A stretch of 62,754 nt of DNA, filler included. It is 11 parts of 11 records of this genome, joined end to end, with 100 filler letters (N's around TTAATTAATTAA, not from the genome) between each part and the next. Parts side by side here need not be neighbours in the genome. Positions count along the whole stretch, not along the records: positions 37,773 to 50,806 come from SRR7504441_238; positions 50,907 to 57,521 come from SRR7504441_242; positions 57,622 to 62,754 come from SRR7504441_245; 8 more parts are not named here. One strand, 5' to 3'. The notes beneath the pieces were generated by a model. It was not told the DNA's origin, did not search any database, and worked only from the letters and a program-made list of their open reading frames with translations. The position numbers and the translations under genes were made by a program. Below are positions 48,446-59,593 of this stretch, in pieces; position 1 is the first letter of the stretch; every line of letters starts with the position of its first letter.

Positions 48446-48907
48446 TTGCGGGACGTACTGACCATTTTGAATTGTCAATGTGTACTGAATATAAATGTGT
48501 CTAGTTTGCTCTTTGAATTTGTTATTTATTTGTTAGAGTATGATGGGAGTACTCATCATGTGTAGCTCCTAGATGGCGTAGATGCGCCACTGACGGACTC
48601 GCTCCCGCGTACGCTCCCGCGTGTCACAGGTCTGAATCGATTGCTTTACGTTTCTAACTGTTATCCAACTGTTATCTACATGTAAACTGTTTCTCTCAGG
48701 AATTTCTCATTCTACATAGGTACAATCGTACTCAAGTCGATACTTGAGTAGAAGGTGAAGAGCCTCCTACCGGAGATAGTAATAAAATCTTGTCCGATAC
48801 CGGACTACCGGTGCTACCCATGGTACCATCGGTCTACTTACGGTCTTATTACGGTCTACTTGTATTAAATGACGCATGAAATCAAAATCTGATGTATGCA
48901 ATTTACG

Positions 48908-50746
48908 TCAACGATTCGTCAAGGCTAGTGTTAAATGTTTGAGATTGACTAGCAAGCCCGTAAGACCTTCTGTCCAAGCGTCATCAGAGTTGAATTGAAA
49001 TTTGATAGAGTGTCCACCAATCTTGTCGGCTTCCATCCTGCACAAATTCTAAGTAATTCAACGTGCGCTCCTGAGAATCTTGGATAGGATCGCGAGGAGT
49101 GGCCTCAATTAGTATACAAGCTACAGGGGGCAGTCTAACTTCAAGGGAGGTTGAAAGCTCGGGTCTCTCCGTGCCAGCCAAGCACACATTTCGTTCAGAT
49201 TTTCTGAAAAGAATTGCATCCCCTGCCCAGCTCAGGTTAAAGAAATTCCGAGCGGATTTCTACGGAGAATCTAGGACGACCTTATCGTAGCGGCGGTTTG
49301 AAACAAGCGAAAATCGATTGCCTTGTGAATGCCTGCAAAGAAGGCAGCAGGTCACGAGCACAGTGGCAATCTGGGGACTATGCTCACAGTTCACACTGAT
49401 ACTTGTCGGCCTGCCGGAGCATGTACGAATAGCTTCCTCGCGGAACTATGTCGTACCTGAACAGCAGCATCAGCCAAACAGCAGCAAAGCTCTCACGTTG
49501 AAAACTGCAAAGAGCACTTTTTGGCCAGGGTGAAGAGAAGTAAAGCAACTTGCCCCCACGCGGCATTTATTTCATTCCAAGGCACCTTCCAGGTCAAGGG
49601 CTCAAGGACAAGCAGCCAAACAGAGACAAGCTCACTGACCTTGATTTGCGACGTTGTACCCATTCTCAAGCCGTTGATTTTCGCAAAACAACTTGATTGG
49701 CTAGCGAGTTCTATGTGGAAGCATTCATCGAATATATTTGTCCTCTGCAAATCTTGGAGTTTCACTTGCGTCAGTTCAATCCTACTCCCAGTCAGTTGCA
49801 GTCCTAATGGGCGTGGTGTACTGCTGAACCAGTGAATCGCGATTGTCCACAAACTTTTCATAGTCAATCAGGTACTCATTATAATGTCTCCAATAGCTGC
49901 ACCAATGGCTCTGAAGGCTACCCACGCGGTGGGTTCACCTAAATTCATCTTGCTCCACCGCTTGCGTACTTGCCTGCACCTGGTCCTGATCCATGCTGAG
50001 CGTGCTGGCAGGAACACGAGCACACCATCTGCGCTTGCAGCGTGGCTCGCTCCTCGCCCAGCGCCTGCAGCTGCGCCAGCAGCTTGGACTCGGTCTCTTC
50101 GAACTGGGCACGCTTTGGCTCAGTGGATGCTCAGCCCTCACCTCGTTGATCTCCTGCTCAAACTCTCGGTCATCTGTGAGATCCACAGTTCGACCCTCCA
50201 GATCGTCCAGGCTTTGTGTATACTGCTCTGAACAACCCAACACACACAGTCAGTCGGTGCCCCCCCCCCCCCTGGAGACGCACTCTCTTCGGCCACAGCG
50301 TCCTTGTACTGCTGGTCCAGCAGTTGTAGCACTCGCCCGACGCAATCCTCACAGACCGGCTGGTTGACCTGCAGCAGTTGGCAGCGGCTATTGCGAGCAG
50401 CTCCGCGGTGGCCGCACCTTGGTCTCCTGGGCCACCAGCTGTATCAGCTGGTTCTCAAACTCTTGCTGGTCGTCGGAGGTGTGACATCGCTGTACCCGAT
50501 CAAACAGCTGCCCAGATACCATTCAGCCCCAGCCGGCAGCCCACGCTGCCTCCGGGAGACGCACGAACGACTCCTCCATCCCTTCCATCGACGACCGGAT
50601 GAACGATCCCGAGAGGAGGCGCTCGGGCGGCTCATCCAGCTGAGCCTCTGCAGCCCACACGCTCTGGCAGCCCGGCGGGGCGCAGCATCACCGTCAGCCT
50701 CCTCCTCCTGGATCGTCAGCGGGTGGCCGCACTGGGGGCACAGCAT
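48908..50746 (-). CDS. ATG6: Beclin-1/ATG6
   Basis: Spliced: CPQC..EESFVRL..QPVCEDC..YWRHYN..LQRTNIFDECFHI..INGLRMG..VPWNEINAAWGQVALLL..YDIVPRGSYS..SIKFQFNSDDAWTEGLTGLLVNLK. Confidence 0.92.
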
Positions 50747-50906
50747 CCCCGCTCGCGAGGCTGGGCGCGGTCTGCTCGAGCACCCTGCCCCTGACACCCC
50801 GACGGCNNNNNNNNNNNNNNNNNNNNNNNNNNNNNNNNNNNNNNNNNNNNTTAATTAATTAANNNNNNNNNNNNNNNNNNNNNNNNNNNNNNNNNNNNNN
50901 NNNNNN

Positions 50907-51767
50907 CCCCCCCCCCCCCCCCCCCCCCCGCCCGCGCGCACCTGGCTGCCGGTTTCGAAGCTCCAGCGCCGGCTGCCGTGCACGGTTGTGAGCTGCCGCC
51001 GCCGCTGGCCGGCAGCGGGTGGGCTGGGCGGACCGCATAGAGCCGACCGTCCCACGAGCCGACGTACACGTTGTCGGTCACCTGGTCCACGCAGGGCGAG
51101 GAGGAGACCGCGCCCTCGGTCCGGTAGCGCCACTTGAGCGAGCCGTCCCGGTTGACTGCGTACACGTGCTGGTCCTCGCACCCAAAGAAGGCCACCCCCT
51201 CCTCCTCGCAGTAGGCCACCGAGGACTGGATCGCCCCGAGGGTCCTGAAGCTCCACTTGACCCGAGGGTCGCCCCCCAGATCCGCAGCTCCGTCCTCCAC
51301 TTCCGCGCATATCCCCATCTTCTCCGGCCCGCAGCCAATCTAACGGCACTCCTGCAACGACGGCCGAGCGCTTGCGAGCACGACTGGTGTGTGCGTCGCT
51401 GGGCAGATGTCTCATCCGATGATGGCGGCGTTCGGGGGTGCGGCGCCCCAGCCGAAGAAGCCGGCGTCGGTGAGCCTGCCGGCCGGGCTGGGGGGGGGCT
51501 GATGGGGCTGGCCAGACTAACCCGATATCCCGCAAGTGGGACAAGTTCGTAGACGAGCATCCGTCGGCCCCGGCGGCCATGTCGCTGGCCAAGCAGTTTG
51601 CCTTCTTCGTCACCTCGATCGTGCTGATCCGCACCTTCGGCGAGAAGCTCAATATCGAAGGCGGGATATGAGCCCGCCCCGTCCACCCAGGGGGGAGGGC
51701 GGGGGGGCGGAGCGGGCGGGGCGGCTGGCGTCGTGATGGCCGGTTTGGCGGAGCGAGTGGCTGACAT
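50907..51767 (-). CDS. PQQ-like/BamB-type beta-propeller protein (3'-truncated; start uncertain)
   Basis: Repeats KWSFRTLGAIQSS..FFGCEDQHVYAV..DGSLKWRYRTEGAVSSSP..VYVGSWDGRLYAV. Confidence 0.7.
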
Positions 51768-52228
51768 TAGTGTGTAGCTCTGCGATCGGCTGGGTCAGCT
51801 GCCTCCTGTTGAATGTTTGAGGCCCAACGTAGCTACAGCCCCAGCTAAGTACCACGAGCTGCCTCGTGGTCAGCGGCTGTAGTCCGGCTGAGCTAGGTGT
51901 TGGAGGTGCTCAGCTCGGTAGTGCACGGTAATTGGAGAAGAGACCACTTGCCATTAAATCATTTGGTGTTCTACATAGCTATACCGTAGCTGCCGGCCCC
52001 ACACAACATGCTACGTACAGTAAACTAACCGGCACAGTACGTACGAGTACCGTAACACGGCTCTGAGTGACGGCACAATCATGTAAAACAATCATGTACG
52101 TACGAGTAATAAACTAACAATATATGCTTGCCGTCCGATGGGTATCTGATTTAAATGTACATAAAACTTCCAGGCTCCCACTCCATGTAACCTCGAGAGC
52201 CGCTTTGCTACGGTATACGTAATGCCTA

Positions 52229-54115
52229 TCATGCGATCCCGGCTTCTTGCGCCTTGCGCTTGGCTGCGGCTTTGGCTTTGGCAGCCTCTCTCTGCGGCAG
52301 TGGGCTCAGCGGGGCAGCGGCTGGCCGCACCTTGCCGCCGTGCACGTTCCAGTTTGGGGCGGTGTGCCCATGAAGCACCCGACACACGTCCACCGTCCGG
52401 TGCTTGGGCTGCACCCGGCTCAGCCCACCCCCTCGGCCGCTGGCTGCCTTGCACTCGGCGCACACCCGGTCGAACACCATTTCGCCGGGCTCAGGCTGCC
52501 CGCCCCGGCTGCGCGGCTCCAAGTGGTCGGTGTTGTCTGCCAGGCTCTTTTTGACTGCAGCGATGCTCGTGAACCGCTTGCCTGCAGCACACTCGCACAC
52601 CAGCCGGCACTGCCCGCACCGCGCGGCGAAAAGTAGAGCTGTTGGGGCTTGCGGACCGCGTCGCGCGGGATCGAGAGCACTTGCCAGTTGTCGGACGGCT
52701 GGCCCCGGCTGTCAGGGCTGGCACCAGGGGGGCACCTGGAAGATCATCCCAGGGATCCCGCGCCACGGGAGCATCTCCACCAGCCGGGCCCGCCGCTCGT
52801 GCTCCGGCCGGGGCCGCTTGCTCGCCAGCCAGCTGACCAGCTGCTGGCCCGAGATCCCGGCCTCGCTGCCAACGGCTCGCGCACCAACCGCAGGCGCGGC
52901 ACCGGCAGAGCTGGAGGCTGGCGCGCTGGCTGGGCTCTGGGTCGTCCTGGTGCTCCTCCCACCAGCTGGCCAGCACCAGCTGGGCCTCTGACGAGATCCC
53001 GCGCTCGGTCGGCTCGCCGCCCCCGTGGTACCACACCCCAGGCTGCTCGTCCAGCGCCATTGGCTCGAGCGCCACCTGCCCTAGCTCAGCCGCACCCCCG
53101 GCCCGCCCACCTGGGCCAGCAGCCCGAGCCGGGCCATCAGCTCGGCCGGCTGCTGCTCCCCGCCCTCCGGCGCCGCCAACACCTTGCCCAACACCTAGCC
53201 TCCCTCGCCGCCGCCAGCCAGCCAAGCCACCTGCTCGGCCGCGTCGACCGCATTGGTGGCGGGGGCGGCCAGCTTGCCCAGCTTCTTGTGCAGCCGGTGT
53301 AGCGCGTGCCCTAGGAATCCGTCCTGCTCCCCGTGCAGCCCGCCATACTTGTGGAGCAGGTGCTCGAGCTGCGACTCGCTCCCTTCCATCCACTCCGGCT
53401 CCACACCGCCGCTCGCCGGCCGGAACATGCCGGTCCGGATCGACTCGTCCCACTCCGGGGTCTCGAGTACCATCGTCTCCAGCTCGGCCGGCTCTGGGAT
53501 CTTGGCGTCTGCCCGCCGCTTCCACAGTCCGCTTGGCTGGTGCTTTCTGCCAGCCCATCGCTCCTGGTTGGACTTGCGAGCCTGCTGGACCAGGCCCAGC
53601 TGCACCGCCACCGGCCCGAGCCCCGCACCGGCCCGCCGCTTCCGCCAGGCCCGCTTGCCGCGCTCTAGCCAGGAGGGTAGTTCGAGCTCCGTGCTTGGCA
53701 GCTGGATGTTCTGGCCCGCCGCCGCGGATGGCTCTTCGACCAGCTGAGGCTTGGCTGGGACCGGCACCACCACCGGGCGGACCACCACGGGCCCCCGCTC
53801 CACCGGCACCGCCAGCCTGGGCTGCTGGACAAGCGGGATCTCCGGCAAGCCGGTTGCGTCCACGGGGGCTACGATCACCGGCGGCGACGGGTTGGAGCCG
53901 GAGCCCATGTCGATCGGCAGCGCGATGCTGGGCCGACGGGACCGCGGTAGGTTGGGCGCGACCGCCAGCACCACAGACGGGCGTCGGGGGCGGCCGGGCG
54001 GCTGGGGGGCGTTTGGGTTGGAGGTCTGGACCAGACGGAGCCCTTGGGTGGCGACCACCGCCGGCGGCCCAGAGCCGTCGACAGGGATCGCGCGGACCGC
54101 CAGCTTGGGCTGCAT
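52229..54115 (-). CDS. Divergent TALE-class homeodomain protein with MBD-like domain and Cys/His tail
   Basis: Spliced RGISSEAQLVLASWWEEHQDDPEPSQRASLQLCR|EAGISGQQLVSWLASKR, then PSDNWQVLSIPR..QLYFSPRG|KRFTSIAAVKKSL, then CAECK|PKH..C..H.H. Start may lie further upstream. Confidence 0.65.
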
Positions 54116-54807
54116 CTTTTCGACTGCCGCAGACCTCACCGAAATCGAGCCCGGGCCGGGGATCTCAGCTCAACCCTGCGAGCCCGATGCACCCAAACTA
54201 GCCCGGCCGGTGGGCGGGCCGGGCCGATCGGCAGAGCTGCGGAGGCGGCCGGGGGTGAAGCGGAGGGCAGACCGACGCGCCCGGGGCGATCCGGCTCGAG
54301 CGGGCGGGTGGCAGCTGAAGCTAGGCTTCGTCGTCGGCGTGGCAAGCGCGACGATGCCGATGCAACAATCAGGCTTCAGCTGAGGGTTGCCGTTGCAGCG
54401 AGGCAGTTGTGCAGCACGCCAGGACAGGCACGGGCCCGCGGGCCCGCGCAAGCGCGCAAGTGGCTCGTTGCCTGCTCGCCGTGTTGTAGTGAGAGTGAGA
54501 AGGGATCAACGGCGCGCAAGCCTGTCGAGCTCAATACCTCCCGCACGTGCAAGCTAGAGAGCTAGTTCGTCAGTATGATACAGTGCCGACTTTTGAGCCT
54601 TGATTGAGCCAGTTGGAGAATCAATGTCACCTTCAAGTTGCTGGCTCGCGGCGGACGGCGTCCACGTGCCGGGCGTTCAGGATCGGTTTTCGCCCCTGCA
54701 GCACCGGCCCGATCGGCACCCGCATCTAGCGGTAGGGCCATAGCGCTGTGTTCGCTCTCTGTGCGTCGTCGGCCTGAGCGTGTCTATTTGCGGAGCCGGC
54801 CACAGCC

Positions 54808-55738
54808 ATGGCGACGATGGAGGACCAGTTCAACAAGAAGGAGAACAAGGGCTGTCTGATCGGGAACTGGGTGGAGGAGCGGGCCCTGATAGACCACACC
54901 GGCGAGTCCCGCTACCAGCAGTGGGAGGATTCGATCGGGGCCACCGGCCCGCGGGACGAGCAGGTCCAGTCCACCCGGCTGTTTCTCGGCGGGCCCAAGG
55001 CCGACCAGAACGACTCGTACCGCCGGTGCTTCGTGCACCGGGACAACCAGCCGTTCGACGAGTCGCTCAGCTCGTTCAACGAAGCCACCTACAAGGACCC
55101 GTCCAAGCCGCGCCCGGAGCGCCAGTTCGAGTACCGTTCGCAGCCGCCTCCGGCCGGCCAGACCCAGCACGAGCAGCGGATGTGGGCCCAGGCCACCGAG
55201 GAGACCGAGCTGGAGCTCGAGCAGATCCGCAAGAGCCTTGGCGACTGCCCTTACATCACCACCACCATGGAGATGCAGCGTGCCCCCCCCCCTTGTGCCC
55301 AATGAGCGCCGGCCCAGGCGAGCCGCCGGCTGAGGTGTACCAGAACCCACTCGGCCAGCGCGTGATGTGCACCCGGGACGGACACGCGATCCCGAACGGT
55401 GCTGGGCTGCGCTTCCTGGCAGCTGAGCCTTGTCGCAGACAGCCGAGACTTGCAGTTCTTGGCGGAGGCCGGGATCCGGGGCCCGGACACGCTGCCACTC
55501 CGACGGGACGTGTTCGCCCAGCCGGAGCTGCTGGCCAAGGTTACCAGCCTCGCCCGGCCCCGGCTGAGCCGAGGTGCAGTCGAGGACGGGGCTTTACTCG
55601 GACGCAGCAATCACGTTTTACACTGCGGCCAACAAATCCAAAATGCAGGACTCAGCCTTTGGCCGGCGGGACACCACCGAGTTTAAGGTTGACAGGAAAT
55701 TCTCCACCCCAATAGAACTCTCGCAGACCAAGTCATAG
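54808..55738 (+). CDS. SPAG8/FAP143-like microtubule inner protein (NWE motif)
   Basis: GCLIGNWVEER near the N-terminus; spliced C-terminus AITFY..EFKVDRKFSTPIEL. Confidence 0.7.
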
Positions 55739-55872
55739 CAAGCTCGCATTTTCAGTAATTTTAATTTTAATTTAATTCAATTTTGTACATCTACTAGTAG
55801 TGGAGGACAGCCCGGCTGAGCCCGCAGAACCAGCAATTCTATCAATAATCCAATAATCCAATTTCATGGCGA

Positions 55873-57104
55873 TCATAGGAACGGGAGCAGTTTCTTGAGC
55901 AGCTCCGGGGCCTCGTTCTTCTCCTTGGGGTCCTGGATGTAATCGAATTGCTGGTTCTGCGGGCTGTCCTCCACTGCCGCAAGCCGCTTCTGTGCGTCGT
56001 CAAAATCTCCGGTGCTGAACGCCGCCGTGGCCTCCGGGCTGCCCATCGGCTCGCTCGGCTCGGGCTCGGGCTCGGGCTGGGTGAGCTCCCCGAAGTTGAG
56101 CGTGACTAGGTTCCTGAGCAGTTCGAGTCCGGGCAGCATCTCCGGCTCCTCACACGGCTGCCCGCCATACCGTCGGTCCGCGTTTGTGACCTGCCACACG
56201 CTCCGCCCCGGGCAGACCGGGCGGACGCCTGCATCGCGGCCGAGTAGGCGCACTCCTGCTTTCGCATCCCGGCGCATTCGTCGAGAATGTTGAGCATCGC
56301 ACTCTTTTCTGGAGACTCCTTGCCCTGGAGCCGCCAGCTCAGCCGCAGGCCGGGCCCGGGCGCGCCTCGGCCATCTGCTTGCGCCGGGCGTTGGCCAGCA
56401 GCCGGTCAACCTCGGCCTCCAGGTTGGTCAGGTTGTCCTGGAACTGTTCGGTAGCGATCCCGCCCCTGGGCGTCTCAGCAGCGGCCGACGAGCCCCTCAG
56501 CCTGGTAATCCTGCGCGAGGTCGAGTGGAGCACCTCGATCGACTGGCTGAACCCGCGCAGCTGCTCGAGCGACACGGCCGCCGAGTGGCCAACCACCTGC
56601 CCTCCGCTGACCGGCACAAGGCCCGGCCCGGACCTCCAGCTGCGCCTGGAGCGAGGCCACTTCCTGGGCCAGCCCGGCCGCCAGCTCGGCGTTGGCCTGC
56701 TGGTCCCGCCGCTCCCGCTGCACGGCCACCAACTCGGCCACCATCCGGTTGACAGCCAGCTCGACGGCGGCCCCCAGCGCCCCCGGTGGGTTCTGGCCTA
56801 GACCGGCGTACCACTGGCGGTCGGCCGGGCCTCGGATGGTGCGCAGGGTCATGCTCCCGATCAGCCCGACGAACCACATCCGACAGACTAGCTCCATCTC
56901 CGATTGGCGCCCGCAGGCCTCCCCCATCCTCACAAGCAGACCCACCGGCAACTCGGCCCAACCCATCCGCCGGGCCGCCGAAGCCGCGGCCGCGGGTTCG
57001 TCAGCGGCAGGCTCCTCGCCCGCCGGCTCCTCAGCCTCTGCCTCCGGCGGCGTCAACTGTAGCGCAGGCACCACTGGAGGCGAGGCAGGCCTCTCAGACC
57101 GCAT
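55873..57104 (-). CDS. Putative F-box-like coiled-coil protein, multi-exon
   Basis: WAELPVGLLVRMGEAC..MELVCRMW, coiled coil and PEPEPEP tract; two GC-AG introns. Confidence 0.5.
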
Positions 57105-57170
57105 TGCCAACTGACCGAATCTTGCCAAACATGGTGTGAGCGGCCCTGAAGCGCGCGTGGCAGGCAGCCG

Positions 57171-57521
57171 ATGCCGCCCTCCGAGCCGCTGCCGCGCAAC
57201 CCGGGCCAGCCGCACTGTATCAAGTACATTAAAACCGGCCGCTGCCCTCTGATCGAGTCAGGGGCCGAATGCGCCCGCGACCACCCGCCGCTCCCGGCCG
57301 CCCATCCGGCCCTGGCCGCCCGCCGTGCGCTGCTCGACAGAGCCGCCACGCAGGCCGGGGCCACCGCCAAGCAGCCGGGGCACGCCGCCCGGGCCGAGCG
57401 CCGTCGGAGCGCTGCGATGGCGGCGGTGAAGCAGCAGCGGGCCAAGCTGGCCAACAAGAGGCGGTCGCCCGAGCGGCCGGAGGAGCCGCCAGAGGAGCCG
57501 CCGGAGGAGCCGCCGGAGGAG
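57171..57521 (+). CDS. CCCH zinc-finger protein (3'-truncated)
   Basis: LPRNPGQPHCIKYIKTGRCP..GAECARDHP, followed by (PEEP)n. Confidence 0.65.
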
Positions 57522-57788
57522 NNNNNNNNNNNNNNNNNNNNNNNNNNNNNNNNNNNNNNNNNNNNTTAATTAATTAANNNNNNNNNNNNNNNNNNNNNNN
57601 NNNNNNNNNNNNNNNNNNNNNCATCACCTCATGTCTGACTCCCAGATCACACTAGTGCAGCAGCAAACGTCATTTTTAGCGCAAGAGGACCCTGATCAAT
57701 TGATTTATACAAGTTGTTACTGAAAATAAGCTTACTGTCTAGTAACTAATACGCTAATATCAAGTGTGCACACGAGTACGCACGATCG

Positions 57789-59463
57789 TCAGTCCTGCTC
57801 TTCGTTGGCGCGCGCGGCCCTTTGTTCAACGGTCCGCTGCCTAAGCCCGGCATCCATCCCCTCACCCAAGATCCCCCGCCCTGCAGGCTCATCTACCGTT
57901 TCATTCTCAACCTCAGCTGCACGAGCCTCGTCTGCGATCCGTTTGTCCACTTGGACCAGCAGCGCCTGGAGCGATTCGATCTGCCACTCGATGTGCAGCC
58001 TGAGCGTCTGGTGGCTAAGCTCCGGCTGTTCATTCGCGCCAACCGGCCTCAAGCCCGGCTCGCCCGGCAGCCGCCCGGCCCCAAGCACAGTCCAGTGCAC
58101 CGCACGCTGCCCGGCCGGCCCAGCCGGCCCAGCCATCGCCGGTGCTGGCCCGGCAATGTTTGCGCCAGCCATGTTTGCGCCTGCTGGCATCTGCTGCACC
58201 CTGGCAGCCGGCGGCTGGCCAGGGGCAGCAGGGCCCGGGATCTGTATATCTGGTATGGGCGGCACCCCGGGCTGCTGGGCCGGCTGCTGCTGGGCCGGCG
58301 GCTGCTGCCAGACCGACTGGCGGCAAGTGGGGCAGCTAGAGTGCAGCTCAAGCCACTGGCGGAGACAGTGCACGTGGAAGCAATGCCCGCAGGGCAGCCT
58401 CTTGGCCGTGGCCATCTCCTCGCGGCAAATGATGCACGTGTTGTCGCCGGCGGCCAGCTCCTCGGCGGGCACGTCCGGGTACTTGTCGAGCACCCTTGAG
58501 AGTCTGCGGTAGTGTAAGTACTGAGTGATCCGACGTCGGAAGTTGCTATACGTGAGGTAAAGGTCGCGGATGATGTGCAGCGGGAGCCCGTAGTAGGCGC
58601 AGACTATCAGGAAGAAGATCATGTACACGAACAGCTGGAAAAGGTCTGAGATCAGCTGAAGATAGAACACGTACACGCCCTTGGCCTCCCAGCGGCCCTC
58701 GCGCCGCATGTCGGCGCAGTGGATGAGGTACTTAATAAACAAGGTGAGCACCGTGGCCAGCAGCACAACGTACTCGAACGCGAACAGCAGCAGCACCGAC
58801 GGCCCCTTCTCGAGCGTGCGGGTCACCGCGTAGTGCACGCACATGACATCGAGTGCAGTCAGGAGCATCTGCCAAGCCTTGAGCGGATACGATCAGGGCG
58901 AGCGGGTTACCATCAGGGTGGCGATCCGCAGGTGGGCCGACCTGGGCAGCTGCATGTACGCCTGCTCGATCTGCCCGCGGGTTCAGTTGGCTGCGGCCGG
59001 CCGGCGCAGGCACGTATTCGAGCCGATGCTCGGTAAGCCAGTGGAAGATCTTGACGAACGAGAGCGCGGTGGCCAGCGCAACGAACCGGGTGGAGAACTC
59101 CTCGCGGAAGATGGTCATGGCGATGCACATCTCGATCAGCGCCGACCAGGCCTTGTCGTACATTTGCTGCCGGCCCCCTCGCCCCGGCCCGCGGAGGGGG
59201 GTCACCTCGATCTCTACTTCGCGCAGCGTGCCAAAGAAGATGACCTTGGCCGCCTTGCCGGCCAGGAGGAGCACGGTGAACAGCGCGTTCCCCATCACCT
59301 GGCTTCGGTCGGCCCGGGGGGGCGGGCGGCGTACCATGATGCTCAGCTTGGAGGTGGACAGGTAGATGACCGCCGGGTAAAACTGGTCGCGCTTGAGCAT
59401 CGCATTGGCCACCACCCCGGTCGCCGCCACGAACGACGCAAGCGTGTAAACCGCCAGCCGCAT
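57789..59463 (-). CDS. HRD1: ERAD E3 ligase HRD1/synoviolin
   Basis: QFYPAVIYL, IFFGTLREVE, AMTIFREEF, KIFHWL..R, WEAKGVY, LPLHIIRDLY, RING-H2 CIICREEM..KRLPCGHCFHVHCLRQWLE..CPTCR; four short GT-AG introns. Confidence 0.95.
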
Positions 59464-59593
59464 CCTCGCTCACTCGGCGGCTTTACGCCTCTGACGCTGC
59501 CCTCGCCCGCATCCGGCCTGGCAGACTGAGACGGACTTGCGACTTGCGTCACCCGGCGTCCGTTGACCACCCAGGTACCTGCCGATCTCCAGC

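Noticed and set aside
50907-50929. Poly-C/G tracts (also ~38286-38297 and ~50260-50272)
   Set aside because: Homopolymers at contig ends or in introns; length unreliable and no evidence of function.
4726-57621. Ten identical TTAATTAATTAA elements as a biological repeat or array
   Set aside because: Each is centred in N runs forming an exact 100-nt block; this is a contig-joining linker.
38227-59463. Ubiquitin/ERAD gene cluster (SKP1, BRE1, F-box-like, HRD1; FOXRED2-like elsewhere)
   Set aside because: The genes lie on different contigs; only SKP1 and BRE1 are adjacent, and they act in unrelated pathways.
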